Of a DNA stretch of 36,180 bases, positions 6,532 to 16,204 are shown one piece after another. The notes beneath the pieces were generated by a model, which made no database searches, was not told the DNA's origin, and was given only the letters and a program-made list of their open reading frames with translations. How positions within the stretch are numbered: position 1 is the stretch's first letter; every line of letters starts with the position of its first letter. Origin of the DNA: a virus; IMG/VR virus record IMGVR_UViG_3300032038_000319; one strand, given 5' to 3'. A program made the position numbers and the translations under genes.

Positions 6532-7254
6532 TTATTTTGTCTTAAGTATGCCACCGAGTTTTTTGATGAAATTCTCGCCTGCTACTCCATTCTGCTTGTA
6601 CCCCCACTTTTTAAGGCACTCGTTTACGGCTTTTTCTGTGCCGTTACCGAACGCCTCATCATTGTTCACGCCCTGCTTGATATAGCCCTTTGCTTTGGCG
6701 ATGAGGATAAGCTGTTTTAACGCAAGTACGCCTATCGTCTTTTTGCCTTTGGTGTAGCCTGTTTTATCGAGCACGGGCAGGGCTTTCGGTACAGCTTCGG
6801 GATATCGCAATACAACGTTCCAAGGATAGTTATAGTATGAGCGTGTCGCTATCTCATACCCCGTCTGATCCCCCACTTTGCCGCCCATTATGTTGCCGTT
6901 TTCGTCAATGCTCGCCTGAGCAAGCTGCGTAGTGCTTATCATCATAGCCGTGTGATCGGCATGATTAAGCAGCACATCACCTGCTATAAGCCCCTTGCCT
7001 GTTGATAGGTTTATGTCTTTTGTGACGTCCTTAAAGCCGCAGGCGGTAAAGGCAGAGTACATATTACCCGTGTACGTTGCCCCTTTATCTTTTACTGGTA
7101 TACCTGCCGCTTGATAGGCGGATATAACAAGCGATGAGCAGTCATAGTCGCTCCACGTTCCAGGCGTTCCCCACCTGTTGACCTGCGAATATCCGTGCTT
7201 GTTGTCTGCCGCTATATCCTTGATGTATGCGACCGCCTTTTGTACCTTTGTCAT
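6532..7254 (-). CDS. Endolysin: NlpC/P60- or CHAP-like cysteine peptidase + PG_binding_1-like C-terminal domain
   Basis: Track ORF. YDCSSLVISAYQAAGIP (Cys) and GDVLLNHADHTAMMIS (His) fit the papain-like amidase/peptidase pattern. The C-terminus GVLALKQLI...FGNGTEKAVNECLKKWGY is peptidoglycan-binding-like. It is adjacent to the holin. Confidence 0.75.
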   Translation of the reverse strand: MTKVQKAVAYIKDIAADNKHGYSQVNRWGTPGTWSDYDCSSLVISAYQAAGIPVKDKGATYTGNMYSAFTACGFKDVTKDINLSTGKGLIAGDVLLNHADHTAMMISTTQLAQASIDENGNIMGGKVGDQTGYEIATRSYYNYPWNVVLRYPEAVPKALPVLDKTGYTKGKKTIGVLALKQLILIAKAKGYIKQGVNNDEAFGNGTEKAVNECLKKWGYKQNGVAGENFIKKLGGILKTK

Positions 7255-7259
7255 ACGTC

Positions 7260-7472
7260 CTACCTCCTATATTGAGAAATATCATTGTAATATGATTTTG
7301 ATGAGATGCCCAAGATAACGCCAAGAAACGCATCTATCGCCGTTATCGTGCCGACTATCTGCTCGCCATACGGCAAGCCCCAAATGTTAGCAAGTGCAAA
7401 ATATAACGCCCCTGCGGCAGGTAATAAAATCTGTGCTATCCACTTTAAAACATCATATACTGTATTGCTCAT
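7260..7472 (-). CDS. Holin (70 aa, two TM segments)
   Basis: Track ORF. WIAQILLPAAGALYFALANIWGLPYGEQIVGTITAIDAFLGVILGI is a typical small Firmicute-phage holin sequence. It is directly upstream of the endolysin. Confidence 0.75.
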   Translation of the reverse strand: MSNTVYDVLKWIAQILLPAAGALYFALANIWGLPYGEQIVGTITAIDAFLGVILGISSKSYYNDISQYRR

Positions 7473-7768
7473 TCTTTGCGCTCCTTTCCGTCAATTGCAT
7501 CAATGCGGTGATGTGCCGACTTAACGCTTTGCTCAACTATTGTAAGCCGTTCCCGTATCATTTGCATATCGTCTCGTGTGCTTCGAGTGTCAGCCTTTAC
7601 CTCGGCAAGTGTGCTTGTTATCGTCTCCAGCTTTACAAGCACCGCCGCTTGATTGCTTGCATCTTGTTTATCATCGTGCTTTGCGTTTCGGCGCAAACCC
7701 GATAAGCCAACGATAGCCGATAAACTCAATGATATGACAGCTATGAGAAATGATATATCAACTTGCAT
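7469..7768 (-). CDS. Membrane-anchored coiled-coil protein (lysis-associated, XhlA-like role possible)
   Basis: Track ORF. N-terminal TM segment ISFLIAVISLSLSAIVGLSGL, then a coiled coil. 4-nt overlap with the holin gene. Confidence 0.45.
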   Translation of the reverse strand: MQVDISFLIAVISLSLSAIVGLSGLRRNAKHDDKQDASNQAAVLVKLETITSTLAEVKADTRSTRDDMQMIRERLTIVEQSVKSAHHRIDAIDGKERKE

Positions 7769-7772
7769 TATA

Positions 7773-8393
7773 TCACCTCAACCAATAAATAAATGACACA
7801 GCACCCGTTTGTGTTGTGATTGTTGTTCCTGCTGTGTACTTTTCGATTGTGAAATATGGTCTAAAAAATGATGATACATAGCCATACAAAACAATTCCGT
7901 CCTGCTGAAATGCTCCTGTTGTCGCTCCGTTTTTGGTTGATAACGCTTTTGCGACTTTTGTAAAATCGCCTGCTGAAAGTATTATGCTCATATATCCACA
8001 TTGTGCCCCCATATCGCCAAGTGTCATTCTGCCTACAGTTTGGGGTGTTGCCGTTAGGCTATATTTGGATATTCTCGCATTCACGGGGTTTTCTTGCGTT
8101 TCGTTATTCTCATAAAATTTAACGCTGCCGCCACTTATTGGCTCACCGTCTACTGTAGCAACAGATGTCATTTGTTCGGTTGTATCTCCCAAATTGACAG
8201 CTAATTGCAACACTCTATAATCACCCGAATTGTAAAATCCAAAAGAATAAGAAGATGAATGTCCATACATTATATCTTCTGTCACAACATCATATGACGG
8301 CGTTATTTGCGGCCATACTAACACATCACCGCAGTATACCGCATCGACTTGTGCATCTCCGCATTTTATATCATCTGCTAAATTCAGTATCAT
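7773..8393 (-). CDS. Hypothetical distal tail/fibre-associated structural protein (206 aa)
   Basis: Track ORF. Assigned by position between the fibre protein and the lysis genes. No recognisable motif. Confidence 0.45.
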   Translation of the reverse strand: MILNLADDIKCGDAQVDAVYCGDVLVWPQITPSYDVVTEDIMYGHSSSYSFGFYNSGDYRVLQLAVNLGDTTEQMTSVATVDGEPISGGSVKFYENNETQENPVNARISKYSLTATPQTVGRMTLGDMGAQCGYMSIILSAGDFTKVAKALSTKNGATTGAFQQDGIVLYGYVSSFFRPYFTIEKYTAGTTITTQTGAVSFIYWLR

Positions 8394-8397
8394 AGCA

Positions 8398-9360
8398 TCA
8401 CCCCACTATGATATAAACTGTGTTTTCGGGGTGAGATGACATCGCATCATACTCTGCCTGTGTGCATTTTACAAATGACAAACCGCCGAGCTGATTTTGT
8501 AATGCCTGCACCTCGCTCTGTACTGTTTCAGCCGCCGCACCGTTTACCGACTTAAACACCTCAAACTCGACCTTTGTTCCCGCAACATCGAGGGCATTTG
8601 TCAGCACAATGTTTGACCCGCTTTCGGTGTAGTCTGTACCTCGTATCAGCTTCATTCCGTTTACGTACACATTAAGCACATCGAGGGCGTTGTTATACTG
8701 AGATATGCCGATAGCAATAGTTGATACACTATCATTAGAATGCGTTGTGTAGGTGTTGCTGTAACGTGTTATGATCGTTGTACTCGTCACACTCTCCTGC
8801 ACATTGTTAAACCACGTCCAAAAAGCATTGTTATACTGTGCGAATAGGTTAGTTGTATCGATTTGGTCTATTAGCCCTGTTACATAGCCGCATAAAGAAG
8901 TATTTGCACGCTCATCTGTAATGTTTGCCTGCGTTATCGATGTAACGCCTGCGCCCACATATATTTGTGCTAAAGATAACTCCCAAATGCCGCTTGATTG
9001 CCGTGTTAATGCAGGGGCTGTCGGTGTACTTGCCGCCGTGCCTTGTTTAATAGCAAGTGACATTGTGCGATTATCCTTATCCAGTCGAATTACAACCCTG
9101 TCAATTCGGTTTAAAACCACATCAGCCGCTGCCAAGGTAAATTGTGCCGCCGCTGTATTATTGATATATTTGCATTTTATAAAGCCCCAACCTGCCGCAA
9201 CCGATACAACCATACCGCTTGTTGCCGTTACCTGCATCGCCGTTGCAGGTGTAGCAAAAACGCCGTCTGATATCAGCTTTAAAAAATAATTACCGATATC
9301 ATCTGCGTCATATTTTCTGTCGCCGTCCACGCTGTTAAAAAATCCGTATTTCTGCGCCAT
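8398..9360 (-). CDS. Tail fibre / receptor-binding-type structural protein
   Basis: Track ORF, trimmed to the ATG at 9360 (MAQKYGFFNSVDGDRKYDADD...). This N-terminus is typical of Firmicute-phage baseplate/fibre proteins. It follows Tal. Confidence 0.55.
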   Translation of the reverse strand: MAQKYGFFNSVDGDRKYDADDIGNYFLKLISDGVFATPATAMQVTATSGMVVSVAAGWGFIKCKYINNTAAAQFTLAAADVVLNRIDRVVIRLDKDNRTMSLAIKQGTAASTPTAPALTRQSSGIWELSLAQIYVGAGVTSITQANITDERANTSLCGYVTGLIDQIDTTNLFAQYNNAFWTWFNNVQESVTSTTIITRYSNTYTTHSNDSVSTIAIGISQYNNALDVLNVYVNGMKLIRGTDYTESGSNIVLTNALDVAGTKVEFEVFKSVNGAAAETVQSEVQALQNQLGGLSFVKCTQAEYDAMSSHPENTVYIIVG

Positions 9361-9361
9361 T

Positions 9362-10438
9362 TTACACACTCCATTCTGATAATGTCGGAACTAATCTATA
9401 ACCTGTTTCATCTTCTACCTCTGATATTTCCGTTATTGTTGCGCTACCCTGTATGCCGTATTCGTTCACAACAGATACCTTATCACCGAGGTTATAATCA
9501 ACTCCGTATTTGTATGCATTTTCATTCAGCACCTCACCGCTAAACGCTTCAACGATTTTTGAAGCTTCAATTTCTGCCTGCCCCTCTGCGGTAAGCATTT
9601 TTTTGTAATCGCTGTCTGATATCTCGCCATTGTTGCTTGATGTGCTTCTCGCATCAATCCATTTTTCAACGATATACAAACCGCTTTCCAAAATTGAAGC
9701 GACTTGCCGAATTTTCCTTTGATTTCCCTCGCCCTCACCTGCAACATACACCCAGTTACAAAACTGCGTGCGGTCAACCTCATACTCCGTGTTTCCGAGA
9801 TTTTCAAATTCGGGCGAAAAAATCACTCTATTGTTTGTGCTCTGTCCGAGCGTTCTGTCAACGCCCCGATAAAACTCAATAGCCATTTTTTTTGTGCCCG
9901 ATATCGTGGCAAAATTCATTTTGAAACCTGCATTGTATGATGTGCAGACACTTTCATACACCGTTAATAAGTCCTTGCCCGTTATCTGCATATCAATGCT
10001 TTCTTGCCAACTCGGTAGCGTGTTAAATACAACAAATGGTATCTTGCGCATTTGATTTGACGGCTCAATCATATTATTATATACAAGATAATACAACCCC
10101 GTGACAAATGACGGGTATTGTATTATCGTCTGTTCGGGTACTAATCTCCGAGATAATACGCATTCAATCGACCGCCCCGAAATTGTCAAATAGTCGCCTT
10201 CTTCTGCACTCGTTGTCAATTTCATTTTTTCCGCATACATCGCTCTTTGCGTATCATCTCTTGAAATGATAACGCCGTCATGCGAAAACAGATTTATCAA
10301 TTCATCTGTTGCAGGCAGATATAATTCAAATTCTCCCGCTTGATTGTATCGTGTCACCCATATAATTGACGTTGCATTGTCTATGATTTTCTTCTGATTA
10401 AACGCTCCGTCCTCATATCTCCATACGTGCAGTAACAT
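9362..10438 (-). CDS. Tail-associated protein (Tal; Gp37-like siphovirus tail tip)
   Basis: Track ORF, 358 aa, directly after Dit. N-terminus is LLHVWRYEDG...IIWVTRYNQAGEFELYLPA. Confidence 0.6.
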   Translation of the reverse strand: MLLHVWRYEDGAFNQKKIIDNATSIIWVTRYNQAGEFELYLPATDELINLFSHDGVIISRDDTQRAMYAEKMKLTTSAEEGDYLTISGRSIECVLSRRLVPEQTIIQYPSFVTGLYYLVYNNMIEPSNQMRKIPFVVFNTLPSWQESIDMQITGKDLLTVYESVCTSYNAGFKMNFATISGTKKMAIEFYRGVDRTLGQSTNNRVIFSPEFENLGNTEYEVDRTQFCNWVYVAGEGEGNQRKIRQVASILESGLYIVEKWIDARSTSSNNGEISDSDYKKMLTAEGQAEIEASKIVEAFSGEVLNENAYKYGVDYNLGDKVSVVNEYGIQGSATITEISEVEDETGYRLVPTLSEWSV

Positions 10439-11290
10439 TTATACACCCCCGTATAGATTAGCTGTTTCAAACGATATCCACACATCATCAACGCTGCCGC
10501 TCGTTACGGAAAAAGTAAAAATATTCTCGCCTATATCAAGCTTTAACCACGTTGAACCGCTCTTAATGTAGTTAAGCAGATTGATTTCTGCACCATTGCG
10601 TATTAGCTTTGCGAACATATCGCCCGAAACTGTGCTGATAATGATTTCATCATTTGCCGCAAACTCATAGCCAAATGACATTTTTTCCTGCTTCGTTGTG
10701 TTGAAAATGTTTAGGTCTGTAACCGCCGCATCAAGCTGTATATATGCCACAAATCCACATTCAACATCGCCCGTGTTATCAACAACGCATTGCGGATAGT
10801 CTGTAATACTTGCCATTTCCTCAGGCTGTTCAAGCGAAAACGGAAATTCAAACATTTTGATGATCTTTGACAATTCTGTGTATATCGTTGCGGCATCTTC
10901 AAAGTACGGACGTGGGCATATCAAAGATATCTGTATTGTTTCACCGTTTTCAAATAAATCGCCCTCGAGTGTTTCCACATATGCTTTGATTTTTACGTTT
11001 CGGTTTTCGTTGCGAAAATACACTTTGCAGGGCTTTTTGAGATTAAAGACTTTGTATAAATGCTGTCTGTTGCCCTCAATATCGCCCCTCAGATGTATTG
11101 TGATAACGATATTGCGCTGCTCTAAGCGTGAGGAATTGTGAAACGTTCCGTCAAGTGTGCCGCCCGTGCTGGTATTAACTACTGTCGGCGGCGGTGTCAA
11201 GCCCTCTATGCCTATAATGGCATAATTCTGTGTATCGTGGGTAAGTTCAAATATTTCACCCTTTGCATTTTCAATTTTGAGCGAAAACAT
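10439..11290 (-). CDS. Distal tail protein (Dit)
   Basis: Track ORF, 283 aa, immediately after the tape measure. N-terminus MFSLKIENAKGEIFELT...IIGIEGLTPP is typical of Sipho_tail/Dit proteins. Confidence 0.65.
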   Translation of the reverse strand: MFSLKIENAKGEIFELTHDTQNYAIIGIEGLTPPPTVVNTSTGGTLDGTFHNSSRLEQRNIVITIHLRGDIEGNRQHLYKVFNLKKPCKVYFRNENRNVKIKAYVETLEGDLFENGETIQISLICPRPYFEDAATIYTELSKIIKMFEFPFSLEQPEEMASITDYPQCVVDNTGDVECGFVAYIQLDAAVTDLNIFNTTKQEKMSFGYEFAANDEIIISTVSGDMFAKLIRNGAEINLLNYIKSGSTWLKLDIGENIFTFSVTSGSVDDVWISFETANLYGGV

Positions 11291-11293
11291 AAA

Positions 11294-13948
11294 TTATACC
11301 CCCTTTGCCGCCGATATTAAATTCTTTGTCTGCCTGTAAATTTCCCAACGTGAGAGTGCTTTCGGGCTGTTGTTAGTCTGCGTGAAATTGTAAGTATTGC
11401 CGCCGATAGTCTGCCCGTTTGCAAGTGCCGTGTTCTTCATTTCGTTTGCTAACGCATCAGCGATAAGCTTTAAGCCTGCTTTGTTACGTTCAAGCGGTAT
11501 AATAGCTTCTGCGCCTGCTTCGCCTATCTGTGCGAGTGTAGCACGATTTACAACGCCGCCCCTTGCCAATCTCGGCAGAGATATCTCTGACATTTCACCG
11601 ATTTCAACGCCCGGCAATTTGTTTATCAAATCAATTGCGCCGTTTATTGCACTCGGTATCTTGTTAAGTGCGCCCTCAACTGTGCCGATAACCGCATTAA
11701 TAGCGGATTTAAACGCGCCGCCGATAGCTTCTGCGACTTTCGTTCCGATACTTGTAAACTTTGTTTTTATTGTTGTCCAAATGCCGCCGAAAAACGTGCC
11801 AACGCCTGAGAAAACGGATTTTATATTAGTCCATGCTGTGGTAAAAATTGACTTGAACCACGTGCCAACAGCAGAAAATGCGCCCTTTATTTTGCCCCAA
11901 ACGCCTGTGAAAAATTCGCCAACGCTTGAAAATGCTGTCTTTATGTTTGTCCACGCCTGCGAAAACAGACCGCCGATATACTTTGCAATCGGTGATAAAA
12001 TGCCCGTGATAGTTTTGTAAAGCGACTTGAATTTCTCCACAACGGGCGTGATAAAGTGCGATACAAACGAACCAACTATTTTACCGAGCGCAGGTATAAG
12101 ATGCGCTATCATCATCGGGATAGCTTCTACAAGGCTCATCATCACCTGTAAAAACGTGTTAAACATCAAATCTTGATTTGATAAAAATACTGTGTTTATC
12201 GTATCAATAATTTGCGGTAACGCATCAACCAAAGCAACAATTATTTGCGGTAACGCCTGTACAATTGCCATTAGCAATGTGACCGCTGCTTGCATAAGCT
12301 GTTCTATCATAGCAGGGTCTGTCAGAGCCGTTACAAGCTGCGGTATTATCTCAACTATGGCATTTACAATAGTCGGCAATTCTGCTGTTATTGTGTTCAA
12401 AATCTCCGTTGCCATTGATAAAATCGCAGTTATAAGATCGGGTGCAGATTTCACCAACGCCGCCGCCAATTTTACAACCAATTGTGTAAACGTCTTTATT
12501 AATGTCGGTGCTGATTTGCTTACGATTTTTATGATTTTTGGTAAGCCTTTTTCAATGGTTTTTCCTATACTATCGCCCAGTTTGCTAAGTATAGTTACAA
12601 CTTTCGGCAGATTTTTTTCTATTATGCCGCCGATTGTATCTAAGACCTTTGAAAAATCTGCATTCCCTGCGAGGGTATCTGATAAGCCCTCAAAAACTTT
12701 TGTGATTTCGGGTAAAAACTGAGAAGCAAGCTGCGTTTTAACGCCTGTTGCTGTGCCCTTTAGCTTTGTAAGGCTATCTTCAAACGTTGCCGAACTTTTG
12801 ACGGCTTCGTTTGACATTATCATGCCATAGTCTTGTGCTTCTTTTTTGAGGTTTTCCGTTTCTTTGGCGGTCATGTTTAAAACAGCCGCCATATCTGTAC
12901 TTGACTGCCCTAATAAGCCATTTGCTGCCGCTGTTCTTTGTGCACCGCTCTCCATTTCCTGCAAGCGTGAGATAACCAAAGATAGCTGTTCGTCTTGCGA
13001 TAAGCCGTTTAAATCCTTGACCGATAAGCCCACCGCCGCCAGCTTTTGGGCTGCACTTTTCGAGCCGTTTCCTGCATCGGTGATAACCTTTGACAGCTTT
13101 TTCATACCGCCCTCAAGCTTATCAACATCTGCGCCTGAACGTTCAAAAACATACGCCCACTCTTGATAGCTTTCGGCTGATATGCCTATCTTTTGAGATG
13201 TTTTGTCTATTTCATCTCCTGCTTTTGCTGTTTCTGTGATTGTTGCGCCTATCTGCTTTACAAAGCCTTTTAATGCTTCTGTGGCTTTTGTTATAACCTG
13301 CGTTGTAAGGTTAGCCATAACGCCCTTGAAAACAGTAAAACCGCCGTTTCCTGCTTTTTGCGCATCGTCTGCGGCATCTCCTGCGGCTTTTCCTACTCCG
13401 TCAAATGCATCGCCCGTCTGCTCTGCGGTCTTTGCATCGCCGCTCATCTCGGCTTGCAGTTCGTCCAGTTCTTTCTCAAATTGCTTGACTTTGCCGCCTG
13501 CATTCTTTACCGCCGTATCTTGATTTACAATCTTGACTTTGAGGTCGTTTGCCGCTTTGATATTGCGTTCTTGTGCCGCTTTTGCCGCATCAAGCTGTTT
13601 TGCGTATTCTTTAGCTTCTTTGCTGCCCTCGCCGTATACCTTGACAGCATCTTCCTGTTTTTTGGTGAGGTCTGAGATTGTTTTGTCGCCGTCTGCGATG
13701 ACTTTGTTATACTTTTCCAGTTCCGCTTTGAGCGCATCAAGCTTCTTTGTTTCCTCGGCTACAATTTGAGATTGTTTTTCTATTTTCTTGTTTAAACCGT
13801 CAATGCTGTTGCCGCTGTTTTTCATTTCCGCATCGGCGTTTTTTAACTCAGCATTGAGCAGCTTTATTTTATCTGTGCTTTCCTTAAGCCCCTTTTTTAA
13901 GTCGGATATATCGACTTTGAATTTCGTGGTCACGTTCTCTGCTGGCAT
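11294..13948 (-). CDS. Tape measure protein
   Basis: Track ORF 11294..13969. N-terminal coiled coil, central hydrophobic segment and tandem W..IK..FS.VG.FF repeats. Start moved to the ATG at 13948 (MPAENV), after GGTGGTGAGCAA and 5 nt past the GT stop. Confidence 0.85.
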   Translation of the reverse strand: MPAENVTTKFKVDISDLKKGLKESTDKIKLLNAELKNADAEMKNSGNSIDGLNKKIEKQSQIVAEETKKLDALKAELEKYNKVIADGDKTISDLTKKQEDAVKVYGEGSKEAKEYAKQLDAAKAAQERNIKAANDLKVKIVNQDTAVKNAGGKVKQFEKELDELQAEMSGDAKTAEQTGDAFDGVGKAAGDAADDAQKAGNGGFTVFKGVMANLTTQVITKATEALKGFVKQIGATITETAKAGDEIDKTSQKIGISAESYQEWAYVFERSGADVDKLEGGMKKLSKVITDAGNGSKSAAQKLAAVGLSVKDLNGLSQDEQLSLVISRLQEMESGAQRTAAANGLLGQSSTDMAAVLNMTAKETENLKKEAQDYGMIMSNEAVKSSATFEDSLTKLKGTATGVKTQLASQFLPEITKVFEGLSDTLAGNADFSKVLDTIGGIIEKNLPKVVTILSKLGDSIGKTIEKGLPKIIKIVSKSAPTLIKTFTQLVVKLAAALVKSAPDLITAILSMATEILNTITAELPTIVNAIVEIIPQLVTALTDPAMIEQLMQAAVTLLMAIVQALPQIIVALVDALPQIIDTINTVFLSNQDLMFNTFLQVMMSLVEAIPMMIAHLIPALGKIVGSFVSHFITPVVEKFKSLYKTITGILSPIAKYIGGLFSQAWTNIKTAFSSVGEFFTGVWGKIKGAFSAVGTWFKSIFTTAWTNIKSVFSGVGTFFGGIWTTIKTKFTSIGTKVAEAIGGAFKSAINAVIGTVEGALNKIPSAINGAIDLINKLPGVEIGEMSEISLPRLARGGVVNRATLAQIGEAGAEAIIPLERNKAGLKLIADALANEMKNTALANGQTIGGNTYNFTQTNNSPKALSRWEIYRQTKNLISAAKGV

Positions 13949-13952
13949 TTGC

Positions 13953-14201
13953 TCACCACCAATCATCATTTAATGCAGGTCTGTGTAAAATTCCCTTGCT
14001 ATCATAGTATGCGCCCTTTGGCAAATTTCCCGTTGATTTATCCAGCAATCGCTCAAATATCAACATCACGTCATGAAAACGCTGAGAGCGCACCCGAAAT
14101 GGATCTAAAGCAGGAAATCTCTCACACATCTGCAAGTTTATGTCAAATAGAATTTGATATAGTGTTTCGGGGGTATCATTTACCCCCTGCTTTAGTTTTT
14201 T
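13953..14201 (-). CDS. -1 frame T extension of the tail assembly chaperone (G-T fusion 13953..14512 by programmed frameshift)
   Basis: The -1 frame is open from the slip site to TGA at 13953. It encodes ..KKLKQGVNDTPETLYQILFDINLQMCERFPALDPFRVR.., which contains track ORF 13953..14135. Confidence 0.7.
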   Translation of the reverse strand, partial: KKLKQGVNDTPETLYQILFDINLQMCERFPALDPFRVRSQRFHDVMLIFERLLDKSTGNLPKGAYYDSKGILHRPALNDDWW

Positions 14202-14512
14202 GCTGTGGCGTTCATTATTTCGCCTGTTGCGTACTGATACAACCCTCTAAACACTATAATCAAATCCTGTATTTTCGTATGTCTTATCTCTTCCGCAGTT
14301 ACGCCATTGAATAAATCCATTAAAAAAGGCTTAAGCTGCTTTGAACATCTTAAAATCATAACGGCGATTTCTTTGTTATCGCCTGTTTTCATTTCTTCCA
14401 CATTCAGCGCATTGAGTATATCTTCTACAATGCCAAATGAAAAATTAATAGTTTCTGTTGTGTAGGTCTTGACGATTTTATCACCGTCATATATAGGTAA
14501 CTTTAATTCCAT
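14192..14512 (-). CDS. Tail assembly chaperone (G-like)
   Basis: Track ORF, 106 aa, between the major tail and tape measure genes. It ends ...ATAKN* on the slippery run. Confidence 0.7.
   Translation of the reverse strand: MELKLPIYDGDKIVKTYTTETINFSFGIVEDILNALNVEEMKTGDNKEIAVMILRCSKQLKPFLMDLFNGVTAEEIRHTKIQDLIIVFRGLYQYATGEIMNATAKN
14195..14201 (-). promoter_or_regulatory. Slippery heptamer A AAA AAC for -1 programmed ribosomal frameshifting
   Basis: The - strand reads GCA AAA AAC TAA. This is an X XXY YYZ heptamer at the last codons of the chaperone, with the -1 frame open downstream. Confidence 0.7.
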
Positions 14513-14530
14513 AGATAAAAAAACTCCTTA

Positions 14531-14557
14531 TAAAAAATAAGGGGCTAAAAAGCCCCT
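14531..14557 (-). terminator. Intrinsic terminator/attenuator after the major tail gene
   Basis: AAGGGGC (14538..14544) pairs with GCCCCTT (14551..14557), with a 6-nt loop. On the - strand it is followed by A + TTTTTT (14531..14536). Confidence 0.65.
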
Positions 14558-14562
14558 TTTTA

Positions 14563-15408
14563 TTATTCCTTGGTTACTGTTACTGTGCAAGATGCGCTAT
14601 AATAGCCCGAAACTGCCGTTATAATTGCCGTGCCGACTTCCTTTGCAGTTATCAAACCTGTGCTTGATACTGTTGCGACAGCGGCGTTAGATGTGGCATA
14701 TCTAACAGGCTGACCGCTCGGTGTTGTTGTGGGTGTTAGCTGCTGTGTGCCGTCAACGAGCAGGCTTGCTGTTGTGGGTGATACGCTAATAGCTGTTGTT
14801 GTGCTCTTTGCCAACTCTGATATAGTATCAGGTGTCTGTACTGTATCGAAAAATGTTTCAAGGTCGCAAAGGTCATCACGCTCATCTATCACAACGCCCT
14901 TTGCACGCTTTCCGTCATAATTAAAGCGTGTAACGGTCTTATTGCCCGTGAATATGAGCTGCTGATTGTTTGTATCTGTGCCCTCGTTTTCTGTTGCGCT
15001 TGTTTCATCGGGTATGTTAAATGCGCCCTTTAAACGCCATACATAACGATATGAGCCGTCTGTAAGCCTGAGCCTATAGCCGATAGCAAAATATCTCTCA
15101 ACGCTCTCGGTGTCGATAAATGCGCCTGTTGCCTCGTCAAATGTCTTGCCTGTAAGCCAAGCTACTGTTTCAAGGTCAAGTGCAGGTACTGTGAGCGTTA
15201 TGTTGTCGCTGCCCTCACCACGTATAACAATCATACCTACATTATCATAGAAATGTGTTTCAGATGAGTTATCAACAGTTTTTGATATTTCAGCTACGGG
15301 TGCAAGTGTCTTGACTGTGCCTGTGCTGTAGTATGTGTCAAGGTCATCTGTAAGAACTTCGGCTATAACAAGATTGTCACAGCCTCTAAACTCTACCGCT
15401 TGTGCCAT
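14563..15408 (-). CDS. Major tail protein with C-terminal Ig-like (Big_2-type) domain
   Basis: Track ORF, 281 aa. The N-terminal two thirds resemble phi13-family major tail proteins. The C-terminus ISVSPTTASLLVDGTQQLTPTT..VRYATSNAAVATVSSTGLITAKEVGTAIITA is Big_2-like. Confidence 0.75.
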   Translation of the reverse strand: MAQAVEFRGCDNLVIAEVLTDDLDTYYSTGTVKTLAPVAEISKTVDNSSETHFYDNVGMIVIRGEGSDNITLTVPALDLETVAWLTGKTFDEATGAFIDTESVERYFAIGYRLRLTDGSYRYVWRLKGAFNIPDETSATENEGTDTNNQQLIFTGNKTVTRFNYDGKRAKGVVIDERDDLCDLETFFDTVQTPDTISELAKSTTTAISVSPTTASLLVDGTQQLTPTTTPSGQPVRYATSNAAVATVSSTGLITAKEVGTAIITAVSGYYSASCTVTVTKE

Positions 15409-15413
15409 AGTTT

Positions 15414-15770
15414 TTATACCTCGCTTTCGTATTCTTCAAATTTGTAAATCGTGAAAAATGCCCCAGTGTGCGTTACTCGGTCAACATTTATGTCATGCGC
15501 CTTGCCGTCCAATGTCCAGCCTGCGCCCTTTAACACCTTTCTCGCCCGTTCGGGAACTTTTTCCACAAGTGACGGGTCTGTCGAGTAAAAATATACCCAA
15601 AATCCCCATATTGCACGATGTGCATTATCATCATAAAATGCCGCTTCGGGCGTATCGAAATTCCAAAAAGTAAAAAAGCTGTCAGGATAAGCCTCATCAG
15701 CATTTAAAGAGCCTTGCAGAAAAACAGGATATCCAAACGCTTCAAGTATTTGTATTAACTCTTGTTTCAT
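15414..15770 (-). CDS. Tail terminator / tail completion protein (by position)
   Basis: Track ORF, 118 aa, between the gp10-like and major tail genes. Confidence 0.45.
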   Translation of the reverse strand: MKQELIQILEAFGYPVFLQGSLNADEAYPDSFFTFWNFDTPEAAFYDDNAHRAIWGFWVYFYSTDPSLVEKVPERARKVLKGAGWTLDGKAHDINVDRVTHTGAFFTIYKFEEYESEV

Positions 15771-16204
15771 TTCATCGCCCTTTCAATCGCTTCAATCAAA
15801 GCTTTTTCCTGAATGGCTTTGATTTCTTTTTTCGTTTTTGTGCCATAAACAGCGTTATACAATTCCCTGTCGGGCTGTGTATGTGGCTGCCCGTATAATT
15901 TTGTTCCATACATCAAAAATATTGAGGCTAAGCCGCCATTATCAAGGTCAAAGCCCACATCGATAGATGCTGTGAATGCAGTTTCCCACACTACGGGTGA
16001 GTTATCAATGATAGCCCTTTCCGTTCTGCCTGTATCTCGGTGCTTTGCCATTGCTTTATGTGCGTTCTCAGCAACTATTTTTTGACTTGCTTTTAAAGCA
16101 CTTTCAACGGCTTGCTTTGTTGCACCGCCGCCAATTTCGTCAAGCTGCTTTAAATATTTGTCAAAAGCCTTATGGTCAAAAGACATCTTAGCCACATCAA
16201 GCAC
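15767..16204 (-). CDS. HK97 gp10-family head-tail joining protein
   Basis: Track ORF, 145 aa. Assigned from size, position and the KHRDTGRTERAI segment, which resembles the gp10 DTG motif. Confidence 0.55.
   Translation of the reverse strand: MLDVAKMSFDHKAFDKYLKQLDEIGGGATKQAVESALKASQKIVAENAHKAMAKHRDTGRTERAIIDNSPVVWETAFTASIDVGFDLDNGGLASIFLMYGTKLYGQPHTQPDRELYNAVYGTKTKKEIKAIQEKALIEAIERAMK

Noticed and set aside
11397-13523. Long + strand ORFs opposite the tape measure gene (11397..12020, 12192..12722, 12846..13166, 13203..13523)
   Set aside because: These are shadow ORFs antisense to a clearly coding gene. They have low-complexity Ser/Ala/Pro/Ile-rich translations and no RBSs. The same reasoning applies to 577..981, 3285..3827, 17182..17577, 18985..19446, 20981..21382, 21443..21886, 25175..25567 and 26201..26563.
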